Positions 12,169 through 26,341 are shown, numbered from the stretch's first letter. The stretch: 64,000 nucleotides of DNA from Eledone cirrhosa (GCA_964016885.1 OZ024755.1:35588001-35652000), one strand, 5' to 3'. Translations and numbers: made by a program. The notes: a model not told the origin generated them from the sequence alone.

Positions 12169-12174
<6 letters not shown>
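11849..12174. mobile_element. Fold-back element (~139-bp arms) containing a hammerhead-like motif
   Basis: Arms 11849-11987/12035-12174 with ~6 mismatches; TGCT-CTGATGA in the spacer and GAAAC-AATT-GTC-AGCA in the right arm; followed by (TA)n. Confidence 0.8.
12008..12117 (+). ncRNA. Type I hammerhead-like motif with ~83-nt domain II
   Basis: TGCT CTGATGA(12012-18) … GAAAC(12102-06) AATT GTC AGCA; stems I and III identical to the hammerhead at 26342-26388. Confidence 0.55.
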
Positions 12175-12216
<42 letters not shown>

Positions 12217-12416
12217 GTGTGTTGCCAATCTATAGCTATATATGTTCTATTTCTATGTATATGTGTGTGTATATATATGTGTGCGTGTGTTTGTGTGTTG
12301 CCATTCTATAGCTATATATGTTCTATTTCTATGTATATGTGTGTGTATATATATATATATATGTGTGTGTGTGTTTGTGTGTTGCCATTCTATAGCTATA
12401 TGTGTTCTATATTGTG

Positions 12417-12449
<33 letters not shown>

Positions 12450-12504
12450 TGCCATACTATAGCTTATGTGTTCTATATTGTATATATATGTGTTGCCATC
12501 CTAT

Positions 12505-12543
<39 letters not shown>

Positions 12544-13009
12544 ATTTGATGTCATCATTGTAAAGCTGATATCAATGTCAGTTAGATGACAGACAGGGAT
12601 TTTATATTTTTTTAAAAGGTAGTTTCTGCAACTATGCATTTCATCTTAATTTCAATATTTAAACTTGTTTTTATAAGCTTACAGTGATACATGTTGGAGC
12701 TGATGACTTTTTGTTTAAATCCCATGGGTATAAAATATATGTTAAATATCTCTCTCTATTGATGAACAACAACTTATATACTTAGAATAGTGTCAATTTT
12801 GTCAGCTTATATATATTTGTTGGTTGGCAACTGTCATGCAGGGATGAAAATGTTATATCCACATTGATTATATTTGCATAAAGTCAGTGTTTTGTTAGCA
12901 CAAATAATATTATGTATAAGAATAGTTTTGTATTGTGTTGTTTCAATAGTAAATATAAACATTAGTTTTTGTTGGTAGCTTGCTGACATTTTACTATTTC
13001 ACTATTCTG

Positions 13010-13365
13010 CGAAGAAAAACTTAACAACCTCCCACCTATAACAACAATGGAGTTAAAGAGACGCGAGGCACTGCCCCCTGGAGCAGATACAAACTGTGCA
13101 GTGTGGAAATGCCTAAACAGACCAAGATCTGATGTTGGACGTGCAAAAGTCGATCTTGTAAAATGGGGATATTTAAAGGATGGGGATGTGTGTGTGACTG
13201 TGGTTTTGAACCACAGACTACGCAGCACCTCCTGATATGCCCCCTGCTGGAACACCCCTACACGGCATTGGACTTGACAGAGTTTAATGATAAAGGACAG
13301 CAATGTGTTCAGTTGTGGTGGAACCACCTCTAGCCAAGCTCTGTAACTGACACTTTTGTTGACAC
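13010..13365 (+). pseudogene. Ingi/Vingi-like non-LTR retrotransposon C-terminal fragment
   Basis: LPPGADTNCAVWKCLNRPRSDVGRAKVDLVKWG, then after a frameshift CDCGFEPQTTQHLLICP (CCHC knuckle), matching the Ingi/Vingi C-terminal pattern. Confidence 0.75.
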
Positions 13366-14898
13366 GAGGACAGCAATGTGTTCAGCTGTTACAGAACCAC
13401 ATCTAGCCAAGCTTTGTAACTGACACTCTTGTGGACACAAGGACAGCAATGTGTTCAGCTGTGGTAGAACCACATCTAGCCAAGCTTTGTAACTGACACT
13501 CTTGTGGACACAAGGACAGCAATGTGTTCAGCTGTGGCAGAACCACATCTAGCCAAACTTTGTAACTGACACTCTTGTGGACACAAGGACAGCAATGTGT
13601 TCAGCTGTGGTAGAACCACATCTAGCCAAGCTTTGTAACTGACACTCTTGTGGACACAAGGACAGCAATGTGTTCAGCTGTGGCAGAACCACATCTAGCC
13701 AAACTTTGTAACTGACACTCTTGTGGACACAAGGACAGCAATGTGTTCAGCTGTGGTAGAACCACATCTAGCCAAGCTTTGTAACTGACACTCTTGTGGA
13801 CACAAGGACAGCAATGTGTTCAGCTGTGGCAGAACCACATCTAGCCAAACTTTGTAACTGACACTCTTGTGGACACAAGGACAGCAATGTGTTCAGCTGT
13901 GGTAGAACCACATCTAGCCAAGCTTTGTAACTGACACTCTTGTGGACACAAGGACAGCAATGTGTTCAGCTGTGGTAGAACCACATCTAGCCAAGCTTTG
14001 TAACTGACACTCTTGTGGACACAAGAACAGCAATGTGTTCAGCTGTGGTAGAACCACATCTAGCCAAGCTCTGTAACTGACACTCTTGTGGACACAAGGA
14101 CAGCAATGTGTTCAGCTGTGGGAGAACCACATCTAGCCAAACTCTGTAACTGACACTCTTGTGGACACAAGGACAGCAATGTGTTCAGCTGTGGTAGAAC
14201 CACATCTAGCCAAGCTTTGTAACTGACACTCTTGTGGACACAAGGACAGCAATGTGTTCAGCTGTGGCAGAACCACATCTAGCCAAGCTTTGTAACTGAC
14301 ACTCTTGTGGACACAAGGACAGCAATGTGTTCAGCTGTGGTAGAACCACATCTAGCCAAGCTCTGTAACTGACACTCTTGTGGACACAAGGACAACAATG
14401 TGTTCAGCTGTGGTAGAACCACATCTAGCCAAGCTCTGTAACTGACACTCTTGTGGACACAAGGACAACAATGTGTTCAGCTGTGACAGAACCACATCTA
14501 GCCAAACTTTGTAACTGACACTCTTGTGGACACAAGGACAGCAATGTGTTCAGCTGTGGTAGAACCACATCTAGCCAAGCTTTGTAACTGACACTCTTGT
14601 GGACACAAGGACAGCAATGTGTTCAGCTGTGGCAGAACCACATCTAGCCAAGCTTTGTAACTGACACTCTTGTGGACACAAGGACAGCAATGTGTTCAGC
14701 TGTGGTAGAACCACATCTAGCCAAGCTCTGTAACTGACACTCTTGTGGACACAAGGACAGCAATGTGTTCAGCTGTGGTAGAACCACATCTAGCCAAGCT
14801 CTGTAACTGACACTCTTGTGGACACAAGGACAGCAATGTGTTCAGCTGTGGTAGAACCACATCTAGCCAAGCTTTGTAACTGACACTCTTGTGGACAC
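13293..14898 (+). repeat. 73-bp tandem array, 22 copies, made of the retroelement's 3' terminus
   Basis: Unit AAGGACAGCAATGTGTTCAGCTG...CTCTTGTGGACAC at 13293, 13366, 13439, 13512…; followed by an AACAAGACGAAGAA tail. Confidence 0.95.
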
Positions 14899-15847
14899 AA
14901 CAAGACGAAGAACTATTCTATTAATGTGGTTTTCTCAGTATAATTTATTTTTGTTATAACTTATAAATTTTAGGAGTTTGATGTCGGAGTTTGATGTCGG
15001 TTATTGTTTACTATTTCCTCAGCAGTGTCATGATTATGTAAACTAACTTATATGAAGAGAAGCTTAAAAGTTATGTTTGAACCCTAACTCTGGTGGGATA
15101 TTATTCTATTATCAAAATATAGGAAGTATTTCAGAGAAGATATTAATATCCCTGTTGACTGTCTACAAGCTTCATCTGATTATTTAAAAAGAGTTGAAAG
15201 AGAAAATATATTTGGAGTTATTGTGAAGGGTTGTTCAATAAAAGAAGGCTTCAATGTTCCAAGTTCTTCAACCATTTATTATAAGATAAATGATTTATAT
15301 TTATATAAAAAAAAAGTTTGGCATTCACACATCCATACACTCACACACGGGCAGAGAGACACATGCACACATACATACACACACACACACCCATAGACAC
15401 ACATACACACCCATACACAGACACATATATATACACACACACACCCATACACAGACACACACACATATATATATATATATATATGGACACACACAAAAAC
15501 ACATACACTTACATACACATACAAACACAAACACACCTATACATATGCATACACAGACGGACACACATACACCCATAAATACACACACACCATTTTAACA
15601 AGGGAAATATTTATTCAACAGAAATAATGAAGGAGTATTCAGCATAGGTTAAAAATAAAAAAATATACACAAATATAATCAATATATGAAAACCTAAAAA
15701 AAAAAAAATCTGCTTTCTGAAAGTAACGTCATTCAGTATGAAGAATGATTTGTTTCCTCTATTACAGAGATTTCCACTTGTGCAACTTTAATTTGGTCAA
15801 ATATTTTCTTTTGTACAATGTTTTTATAGTATTACTATATTATGTCA

Positions 15848-16895
15848 AGGTACATGCCTTACTGGTTAGAGCATCAGGTTTATAATTGTAAGGCTGTGAG
15901 TTTGATTCCCAGATTGGGTATTGCATTGTGTCCTTGAGCAAGACACTTTATTTCACATTGCTACAGTTCATTCTGTAGAAACAAGTTGCGATGTCACTGG
16001 TGCCTAGCTGTATCAGTCATTGCCTTTCTCTTGGACAACATTATATATCATATATATAGTGTATATATTATATATCTAGTTGTGATGTCACTGGTGCCAA
16101 GCTATATCTGCCATTGCCTTTCTCTTGGACAACATTATATATAATATATATAGTGTATATATTATATATCTAGTTGTGATGTCACTGGTGCCAAGCTATA
16201 TCTGCCATTGCCTTTCTCTTGGACAACATTATATATCATATATATATAGTGTATATATATATATATAGTTGTGATGTCACTGGTGCCAAGCTGTATCAGC
16301 CATTGCCTTTCTCTTGGACAACATTATATATCATATATATAGTGTATATATTATATATATAGTTGTGATGTCACTGGTGCCAAGCTGTATCAGCCATTGT
16401 CTTTCTCTTGGACAACATTATATATCATATATATAGTGTATATATTATATATATAGTTGTGATGTCACTGGTGCCAAGCTGTATCAGCCATTGTCTTTCT
16501 CTTGGACAACATTATATATCATATATATAGTGTATATATTATATATATAGTTGTGATGTCACTGGTGCCAAGCTGTATCAGCCATTGTCTTTCTCTTGGA
16601 CAACATTATATATCATATATATAGTGTATATATTATATATATAGTTGTGATGTCACTGGTGCCAAGCTGTATCGGCCATTGCCTTTCTCTTGGACAACAT
16701 TATATATAATATATATACAGTGTATATATATAGTTGTAATGTCACTGGTGCCAAGCTGTACCAGCCATTGCCTTACCTTTGGACAACATCAGTGGTATGG
16801 AGAGGGGTGACTGTTGGTCTTTCACAAATAACCTTGCTCTGACTTGTGCCTTGGAGGGGAACCTCCTAGGTGAAAATCCCATGGTCATTCATGGG
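15848..16895 (+). mobile_element. CORE-type SINE with internal 94-bp array (9 copies, ~15984-16790)
   Basis: tRNA head and CORE at 15848-15980; unit AGTTGTGATGTCACTGGTGCCAAGC…GGACAACAT plus TA-rich spacer; unexpanded relative at 37735-38052. Confidence 0.85.
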
Positions 16896-17107
16896 TCTTT
16901 AGCCTTTTTTACTCTATTATGAAGAACTGGAAAGGATAAAACCATATGAAAATATGTGAAGCTATAGAAATGTCCAATATCCAAGAGCAGGCATGGCCAT
17001 GTGGTTAAAGTGGAGTTTGTTTTGTAATCATAGGGTACTGGGTTCAGTTCCACTACAAGGAACCCTGGGCAAGTTTCTTCTACCATAGCCTCAAGTAGAT
17101 CAATATT

Positions 17108-17275
17108 ATCATCATCATTTTGTCTGCTTTTCCTTGCTTGCAAGGGTGGGATGGGTTCTCTTCAGCACAGCATATCTCCATTCATCACAGTCCCTCGTCA
17201 TCTCCTCTTTGAGCTTCAACAACCTGAGGTCAGCTCTCACCCTCTCCGCCCCATGTTTTCTGTGATCTTCCTAGG
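17108..17275 (-). mobile_element. RTE extreme 3' end
   Basis: Reverse complement resembles 35280-35425 (…GCTGTGCTGAAGAGAACCCATCCCACCCTTGCAAGC) with TGA tail. Confidence 0.7.
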
Positions 17276-18469
17276 GTGCTAGATCGTCTGGCGCTGGCCC
17301 TGGTACTGGGTCCATTTCATCAGGACTCTCGCAGAAGGGAGTTTGTCAAGTCCTTCAAACAACTGAAGTGTTCTCCTGACCCTATGACATGGTTTCTACA
17401 GATAGATAGCCTTCCTTTCTGCCACCAACCTTACAAGGTGTATTGGATTCATTTCCTGTGGTACCAGCACTAGAGAGTTTGTTGGTCCCTGGCACAACTG
17501 AAGAGCCCTTTATATTTTATAGGCAGAGAGACATAAGATGAAAGGGGTTAGAGGGAAGATAAGTTTGATGATACAGTTTTGAACTGAGGTAATATAAAAT
17601 AAAGACCTTTGTACCAGGAAACAAAACAAAACAGATAGACCAGTAGTGGGTTTGAACTCTTGTCTCTCTTCATTACATAAACTCAACCAGCCATCTTACC
17701 TCTTGTATACAACACCTAACTATGTAACCTATTTTAGGAAAATCAATTAACACTTGATACAAAAAAATCCAAGTAATATAAACATGAATTAAACCCACAG
17801 GTGAATAATATGCCACAGTTTACAAAGGACAGGTGGTATACATTAGGAGAAGGGGGGGGGGGGGGGTGAGGGCATTAATAATTTCTCAAAGCAATATCAT
17901 TTACACTGCACCAGGAAAAGCAGAGCCCTATATACTAACAACAACGACAATAACCACAACAACGAAAAGTCATATAGCATGACTTGCAGATAACATGCAT
18001 TTTGGTGATTTGTTTTATGGACAAATTGTGTGTGAACGCTTGTGGGGATTTATTAACAGAGGGGAAATACAGTAGGCGGTTGTATCAAAGTGTTGCAACA
18101 GTAAACACAGACAGGTGATATAAGAGAGGCAGCAGTTAATGGAAATCAATGGATTGTCTTTATAATTTTACGTTTTATCAAAATTTTGTTGCTGTTTAAA
18201 AACAAATCAAAAGCATGTTACACACTCACCCCCTCTTTCTATTAGTACGAGCTAGATCATTGAAGAAACTAACAAATTTAATATATGAATTTCATGGGCA
18301 GGTGTTTTACAGTGGAATGCACTTTCCAATATTGGTTGCTCAACCATGAGGAGAGTATTGATGACTGAAGCAGTAAAGCCCCAGAGCTTTAGAGTATTTA
18401 GTTCAATATCCTTGTCTAGTGAGTTCAAATCCTTTCAATGCTCTGTTTACATATGATTGATAAAATAAG

Positions 18470-19431
18470 ACACAGTAATACATCGGGGTTAATTTATACA
18501 CAGTAATACATCAGAGTTAATTTATACACAGTAATACATCGGGGTTAATTTATACACAGTAATACATCGGGGTTAATTTATACACAGTAATACATCAGGG
18601 TTAATTTATACACAGTAATACATCGGGGTTAATTTATACACAGTAATACATCAGGGTTAATTTATACACAGTAATACATCGGGGTTAATTTATACACAGT
18701 AATACATCGGGGTTAATTTATACACAGTAATATATTAGGTTTGGTTTATACACAGTAATATATTAGGTTTGGTTTATACACAGTAATATATTAGGTTTGG
18801 TTTATACACAGTAATATATTAGGTTTGGTTTATACACAGTAATATATTAGGTTTGGTTTATACACAGTAATATATTAGGTTTGGTTTATACACAGTAATA
18901 TATTAGGTATGGTTTATACACAGTAATATATTGGGGTTAATTTATACACAGTATATATTGGTTTTGGTTTATACACAGTAATACATTAGGTTTGGTTTAC
19001 ACACAGTAATATATTAGGTTTGGTTTATACACAGTAATATATTAGGTATGGTTTATACACAGTAATACATCGGGGTTAATTTATACACAGTAATATATTA
19101 GGTTTGGTTTATACACAGTAATATATTAGGTTTGGTTTATACACAGTAATATATTAGGTTTGGTTTATACACAGTAATATATTAGGTTTGGTTTACACAC
19201 AGTAATATATTAGGTTTGGTTTATACACAGTAATATATTAGGTTTGGTTTATACACAGTAATATATTAGGTTTGGTTTATACGCAGTAATATATTAGGTT
19301 TGGTTTATACACAGTATATATTAGGTTTGGTTTATACACAGTAATACATTGGGTTTAATTTATACACAGTAATATATTGGGTTTGGTTTAGACACAGTAA
19401 TATATTAGGTTTGATTTATACACAGTAATAC
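18470..19431 (+). repeat. 28-bp minisatellite (~34 copies, two variant types)
   Basis: ACACAGTAATACATCGGGGTTAATTTAT then ACACAGTAATATATTAGGTTTGGTTTAT; begins inside a decayed family-B SINE (GAGTTCAAATCC at 18421). Confidence 0.92.
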
Positions 19432-19821
19432 ATAATATGGTCCTTTTTATGTAAGAGACTGGTCCAGAGTGACCCCAAGGTTGATATGGTTGATAAAGTA
19501 TATGTAACAGTAATATAGTAGAGTTTGATTCGGTTGACTATGATTCTATTTCTCAACAAAAACTGGCTCATGCTAACATACAACTTAATAAATGGTTCAG
19601 TTATCTTAGTATGGTCTAGTTACTCCAGATAATAACAACATAAATCAACCAATTTACAATATCTAGTAGGCAACTTAACATTTTCGTGGCCATATTTCTA
19701 ATGAAATGCACTTTATTTCAATTAATTCATGAAGAATTTTGAAAAATTTACTAAAAGTATTGGTATATATATGTTTATTTATTTTATTTCCTTTCGCACG
19801 ACTGTATGTGTGTGAAACATA

Positions 19822-20450
19822 TATATACACCAGGTCCAAACACAAAGGAACCAAACCCCCACTGTCACTGCCTCCATCTCTCCTGCTCTCCCCATCTCTC
19901 ATATATACCAGATCTGAACACAAAGGAACCAAACCCCCACTGTCACTGCCTCCATCTCTCCCACTCTCCCCATCTCTCATATACACCAGGTCTGAACACA
20001 AAGGAACCAAACTCCCACTGTCACTGCCTCCATCTCTCCCACTCTCCCCATCTCTCATATGTACCAGGTCCAAACACAAAGGAACCAAACTCCCACTGTC
20101 ACTGCCTCCATCTCTCCTGCTCTCCCCATCTCTCATATACACCAGGTCTGAACACAAAGGAACCAAACCCCCACTGTCACTGCCTCCATCTCTCCCACTC
20201 TCCCCATCTCTCATATACACCAGGTCTGAACACAAAGGAACCAAACTCCCACTGTCACTGCCTCCATCTCTCCCACTCTCCCCATCTCTCATATACACCA
20301 GGTCTGAACACAAAGGAACCAAACCCCCACTGTCACTGCCTCCATCTTTCCCACTCTCCCCATCTCTCATATACACCAGGTCCAAACACAAAGGAACCAA
20401 ACCCCCACTGTCACTGCCTCTGTCTATCCTGCTCTCCCCATCTCTCACTA
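19822..20450. repeat. 78-bp tandem array (~8 copies)
   Basis: Unit ACACCAGGTCTGAACACAAAGGAACCAAACCCCCACTGTC…; the 26-aa periodic ORFs on both strands are a by-product. Confidence 0.93.
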
Positions 20451-20646
20451 TTATGAGCAAATGGGGGCCAATGCGTTGGCCACCCCACAACCCTGGTGTA
20501 TAGAATAGAGAAGGCATTTCCCTGGAGGATGGTAAGGGAGATGCCCTGGAGAGCCACTCCAGCAGTAACTTATCATAAGATTCTTATATAAAACTTTACT
20601 TCCATAAACAATTTACATGATAAGCAGAAGAAAGAAAAAAATAAAT

Positions 20647-20834
20647 AATTGTCTCTACTTTAGGCACAAGGCCAGCAATTACCCAGTGCATTACTGGTAC
20701 TTTATTTTATCGACCCCGTAAGGATGAAAGGCAAAGTCAACCTCGGCGGGATTTGAACTCAGATCGTAAAGGGACGTAACTATGCTGGAAAGCATGGTGC
20801 CCGACCCTCTACCGATACTGCCAATCCACCGCCC
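20647..20834 (-). mobile_element. Family-B Nin/Deu SINE
   Basis: Full-length match to the other copies. Confidence 0.88.
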
Positions 20835-20928
20835 AAGAAAAAAATAAATAATGAAAAAGTGTAGGGGCAGAATCTATCACAGTTGCACCCTGCAGACAAG
20901 ATGGTAGATGTATTGCTATAGGGAACCT

Positions 20929-21250
20929 GCAACACTCGCTACATCAGCCACTCTATCTTATGGAGCTCATTCCCCAGGTGACCCTAGGGCTACCTCCCTA
21001 CTCACCACCATAGACACTGAGGTGGCCAGCCGCAAGTGTGGGCCTCGCGAGATGGAGTTGCTCTTCCAGCGCATCTCACTTACCATCCTCCGGGGAAACG
21101 CCTTCTCCATTCTGTCCCCCGGGGCTGTGGGGAGGCCAGCACATGGGTCCCTATTTTTCTCACTATACAGAGAGATGGGGAGGGCTAGGGAGATGGAGGC
21201 GATGACAGTGGGAGTTCGGCCCTTCCACGTTTGGACCATATCCTAGTGGT
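20929..21250 (+). pseudogene. CRE-clade non-LTR retrotransposon C-terminal (restriction-like endonuclease) fragment
   Basis: PREMELLFQRISLTILRGNAFSIL matches the CRE-type L.QR.S.A..RGNA end motif; GC-rich relative to flanks. Confidence 0.75.
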
Positions 21251-21314
21251 TGAGCTCATTATCTATAGAGTTCATTCTATTATTCAGTTGTTAACAAAAC
21301 TAAGTTGCATATGA

Positions 21315-21520
21315 GTGTTTAAACCGGACGTATCTGGCCAGAATTCTCTCACTTCTTTCTGTTCAAACTGGCCATAACTGGTCACTCATACTGATGAGTG
21401 ACCAGTTATGGTATCAACATATCATAGATTCGATATTATGTGAGATAATTATGTGAGGTAAAGCATTCACCACAAAAATACAATAGTCTATATAGAGTTA
21501 TGTAAATGCTAAAAGGTTAA
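21315..21520 (+). mobile_element. piggyBac-type MITE copy (left end missing)
   Basis: Homologous to 25576-25785; ends GCTAAAAGG-TTAA. Confidence 0.75.
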
Positions 21521-22040
21521 ATAATGCAACAATAACCATATACAGTAGATAACAAAATATTATCTTGTAAGTATTCAGAACACATAACTTATCAAAAAAC
21601 AATAATTTGGTTAGTTTGATTATGGCATTAGAGAAAAACTGAACTGCTTAGAGGCATAGCAAAGTGTGATTTAGTTTGGAAATTGCCTAAAAGACAAAAT
21701 CAAAAATGTATGAAGCTGCCACACATAGATGACTAAAGAGATGTATCAAGTTTCAAGATCAAATTCTAAGATTTTAACTCTAAATTACAACATATATAAT
21801 ATTTACTATTGTTTAAATATGTCTCAGATTTCTAACTGGTCTGATTGAGAATCTTTGACAAAAAACCCCCCAAAAAACAAAAACAAACTTGATATGAAAA
21901 TTATCATGTGAATCATTTTAAACGCATTCATTTCGATTATGGAACAATAATTGCAAATTTGAACAGGATTAGTGGTATAATGTTTGTATTATTTTTGTGA
22001 GCTTCTTTCATCAGAGATATTGACAATAAGGAGAGAACAA

Positions 22041-23281
<1,241 letters not shown>

Positions 23282-23407
23282 CAAAGAAATCAAACCATCA
23301 GAGAAACACTATTTAAGTCATAAAATAGATTTTTTATTATTTACATAAATCTGTTTCCTTCTTTGCTCTACCTTTTTCCCATCACATTCTAAACATATAT
23401 AAAAGAA

Positions 23408-24135
23408 GTGTGTGGTGGTGTGTGTGTGGGGGGATGTAGTGTAGTGTGTGTGTGTGGGGGGGGTGTAGTGTAGTGTGTGTGTGGGGGGGTGTAGTGTAGT
23501 GTGTGTATGGGGGGGGTAGTGTAGTGTGTGTGTGTGTGGGGGGGTGTAGTGTGTGTGTGAATTGCAGTGTGTGGGTGTGTGTGCAGTGTGTGCAGTGTGT
23601 GTGGTGTGTGCAGTGTATGTGGTTTATGTGTGTGGTGTGTGGGTGTGTGTGGTGTGTTGGTGTGTGTGAGTGTGTGTGGTGTGTGGGTGAGTGTGGGAAG
23701 TGTGTGGGTGTGTGTGTGTGGTTTGTGTGAAGTGTGTTGGTGTGTGCAGTGTGTGTGTGAGTGTGTGTGGTGTGTGGGTGTGTGCGAGTGTGTGAAGTGT
23801 GTAGGTATGTGTGGTGTGTTGTGTGTGGTGTAGGTGTGTGCAGTGTGTGTGTGGGTGTGTGTGAAGTGTGTGTGTGGGTGTGTGTTGGTGTGTGTGAGTG
23901 TGTGCAATGTGTGGGTATGTGTGCAGTGTGTGCTGTGTGTGTGTGTGAGTGTCTGTGGTGCGTGGGTGTGTGCGAGTGTGTGAAATGTGTGTGTGGGTAT
24001 GTGGGCATGTGTGCGGTGTGTGTGTGTGAGTGTGTGTGGGTGTGTGCGAGTGTGAAATGTGTGTGTGGGTGTGTGTGGGTATGTGGGCATGTGTGCAGTA
24101 TGTGGTGTGTGTGTGTATGGCGTGGGCGGTGTGTG
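23408..24135. repeat. Degenerate (GT)n tract
   Basis: Direct inspection. Confidence 0.95.
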
Positions 24136-25575
24136 TTTTTATATATTTACACACCTACAAAGGAAGGCAGAATTATAGACATTCGAGGAATAGGAATTTA
24201 GTATGGAGGTGTGAGAAAGAAAGCAATAGTTTACAACAGTGACTTCCTACATAGCCATGAGACATCAGATTCAGAAGGGAAAGTCAAATGAGAAATCGTG
24301 ACACTGATTTGTTTTGTAAAAGAATCAGAAATCTAAGAGACGCAGACTTATGTAAAAATCAAGAACCAAGCTGAAGGCCTTGATTTATGGAATGGAGTGT
24401 GAAAATGGGAGATATTATGCTATTTAAGATTTTCTTGAGAACATAAATGATAAAAATGATATAAAATAGCAAGAAATGAAACTTAAAACCATAATGTTCT
24501 TATAGTATGATTCTAGATATTCTAGAAGTGATCAGAACTAGGTAGCTATATCATAAAATAATGCAAGAAAAAATATATATTATTTTGCCAATCATGTAAA
24601 GTAATTATCTTCATGTTTCGATATTGTTTTATTGTGTATTAAAACTAATGTAATCCAAACAATAATAGCATATTGTATAGCACTCAAAGTTAACAAGAAA
24701 TAGAAATATTCACCAAAGAGGTAAGAAGTGTTATTAAAAGATAGAATCAACAAATGAAAGTTAAATGAAAAAAAAAAAATAAATAAATAAAAATGAACCA
24801 GAAAAATACAAAAAAAGCATAAAAAGTAAGAAGATAAGAATTGACATGAGGAGTAACATAATGCTAGAAATAAATTGGAGAAAATTTTCACAGGAACCAA
24901 ATAAACTACAGTAAAACACAGATTGTGGTTTCTTGTCCCCATTTTCCTGACTAATCTTGGAATCCCTCCAAGGGGTATTGCCCTTTCTTCTCTGACTAAG
25001 CCAGAATAAACAAAAACTAAAAGAAAACAACAAAACAAAAAGAAATTAAAAAAGAAGATAGAAAATGTAAGAAGTAAAAAAAAAAGATATTTAAAAAAAA
25101 AATTGTAGAGTAATATAAAAACTAATATAAAACACAGCTATCTTAAAAGTGATTGAAAAAGGATAAAAAAGTTAGTCACAAGAGTACAAACATGGAATAA
25201 TTGATTACAACTGACACAGAATAACAAGAAAAGCCTCCCTCCCCCGCTACACTGTTCCATATTCAAATTTCTCAATTTCTCACCTTCCAGCAGCACATCC
25301 AACAATTGCCAAGACATTTCATTCATATACTTACGAATTCAGTAAAATATCTGAGCTGATGACAAATGGTAAATTAAATCTTCTAATGTAAGACTGAAGA
25401 AACACCTGAACTAGGCATTTTTTTAGATAGATAACTTCACCAAAATGAAAATCATTTATTTTGAAAAGCAATCAATGTTACAACAAACCAAAGGAAAGAA
25501 AACAATGCAGTTTCCAGTAAATCAATACAAAGGTTGCCAAAAATGATTTTAGAAATGTTAAAAAGAAACATTTAA

Positions 25576-25785
25576 CCCTTTAGTGTTCAAACCGGCCAGA
25601 ATTCTCTACCTCTTTCTGTTGAAACTGGCTGTAACTGGTCGCTCAAACTGATGTTAAGGTATTGTTTTCAAGATAAATACTTTCAAAATCTCATAGATTC
25701 GATATTATGTGAGATAATTATGTCAGGTAAAGCCTTTACCATTAAAATATAATAGTATATATAAAATAATGTGATTGCTAAAGGG
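25576..25785. mobile_element. piggyBac-type MITE, 210 bp
   Basis: TTAA-CCCTTTAG…CTAAAGGG-TTAA termini with TTAA duplication; related copies at 21315, 43058 and 59945. Confidence 0.85.
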
Positions 25786-26341
25786 TTAAAACAATCCTTC
25801 TAGGATGCATCACGATATATCTATGATTTGAATCATCACCATTGTTGTTTAACGTCCATTTTTCACATTAGAATGGAGAGATTTTATGGGCAAAACCAAC
25901 AAGAGGCCCAGGGGTAGCTTGGCTTCAGTTCTGACAGAACTCGCTGGAAGGAGTGTTTGAGGACTCATTCCTCATGACCCACCCAGGAATAAGTGCGCGA
26001 AGAAGATGAAGAAGCTAGGGTTGGACAAGTTGTCCCATTTCAGGCAAGTCAGGTCAGGTGACCATGTCTTGCTCACAGTCAGCTGACCATGAGCAAAATA
26101 TATTTAAAAAGGCTTATGACACCAAAAACCATACCACTCAGATCAATGTTAATGGTAAGTAGTAATCTATGCAGTAATTACACACACACATATATATATA
26201 GAAGTTTATCCCGGGTTCAATCGGGGGTAACCACAGTAAGTAAGGTACTCAATACATAGCAGAGTATAAATATTTAATATAAAAATGGCTTCTACAGGAC
26301 TAAATTACACAATAATCAAAGCTATGTTCAAATCATTTTAT

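Noticed and set aside
15088-15330. ~80-codon stop-free plus-strand frame (LWWDIILLSKYRKYFREDINIPVDC…)
   Set aside because: No start codon, no clear splice sites, no recognisable motif.
13293-16790. CRISPR-like appearance of regular arrays
   Set aside because: No unique spacers, no cas genes, eukaryotic context; the units derive from retroelements.
19675-20517. 280/254/216-aa repetitive ORFs
   Set aside because: 78-bp array open on both strands; no domain or splice support.
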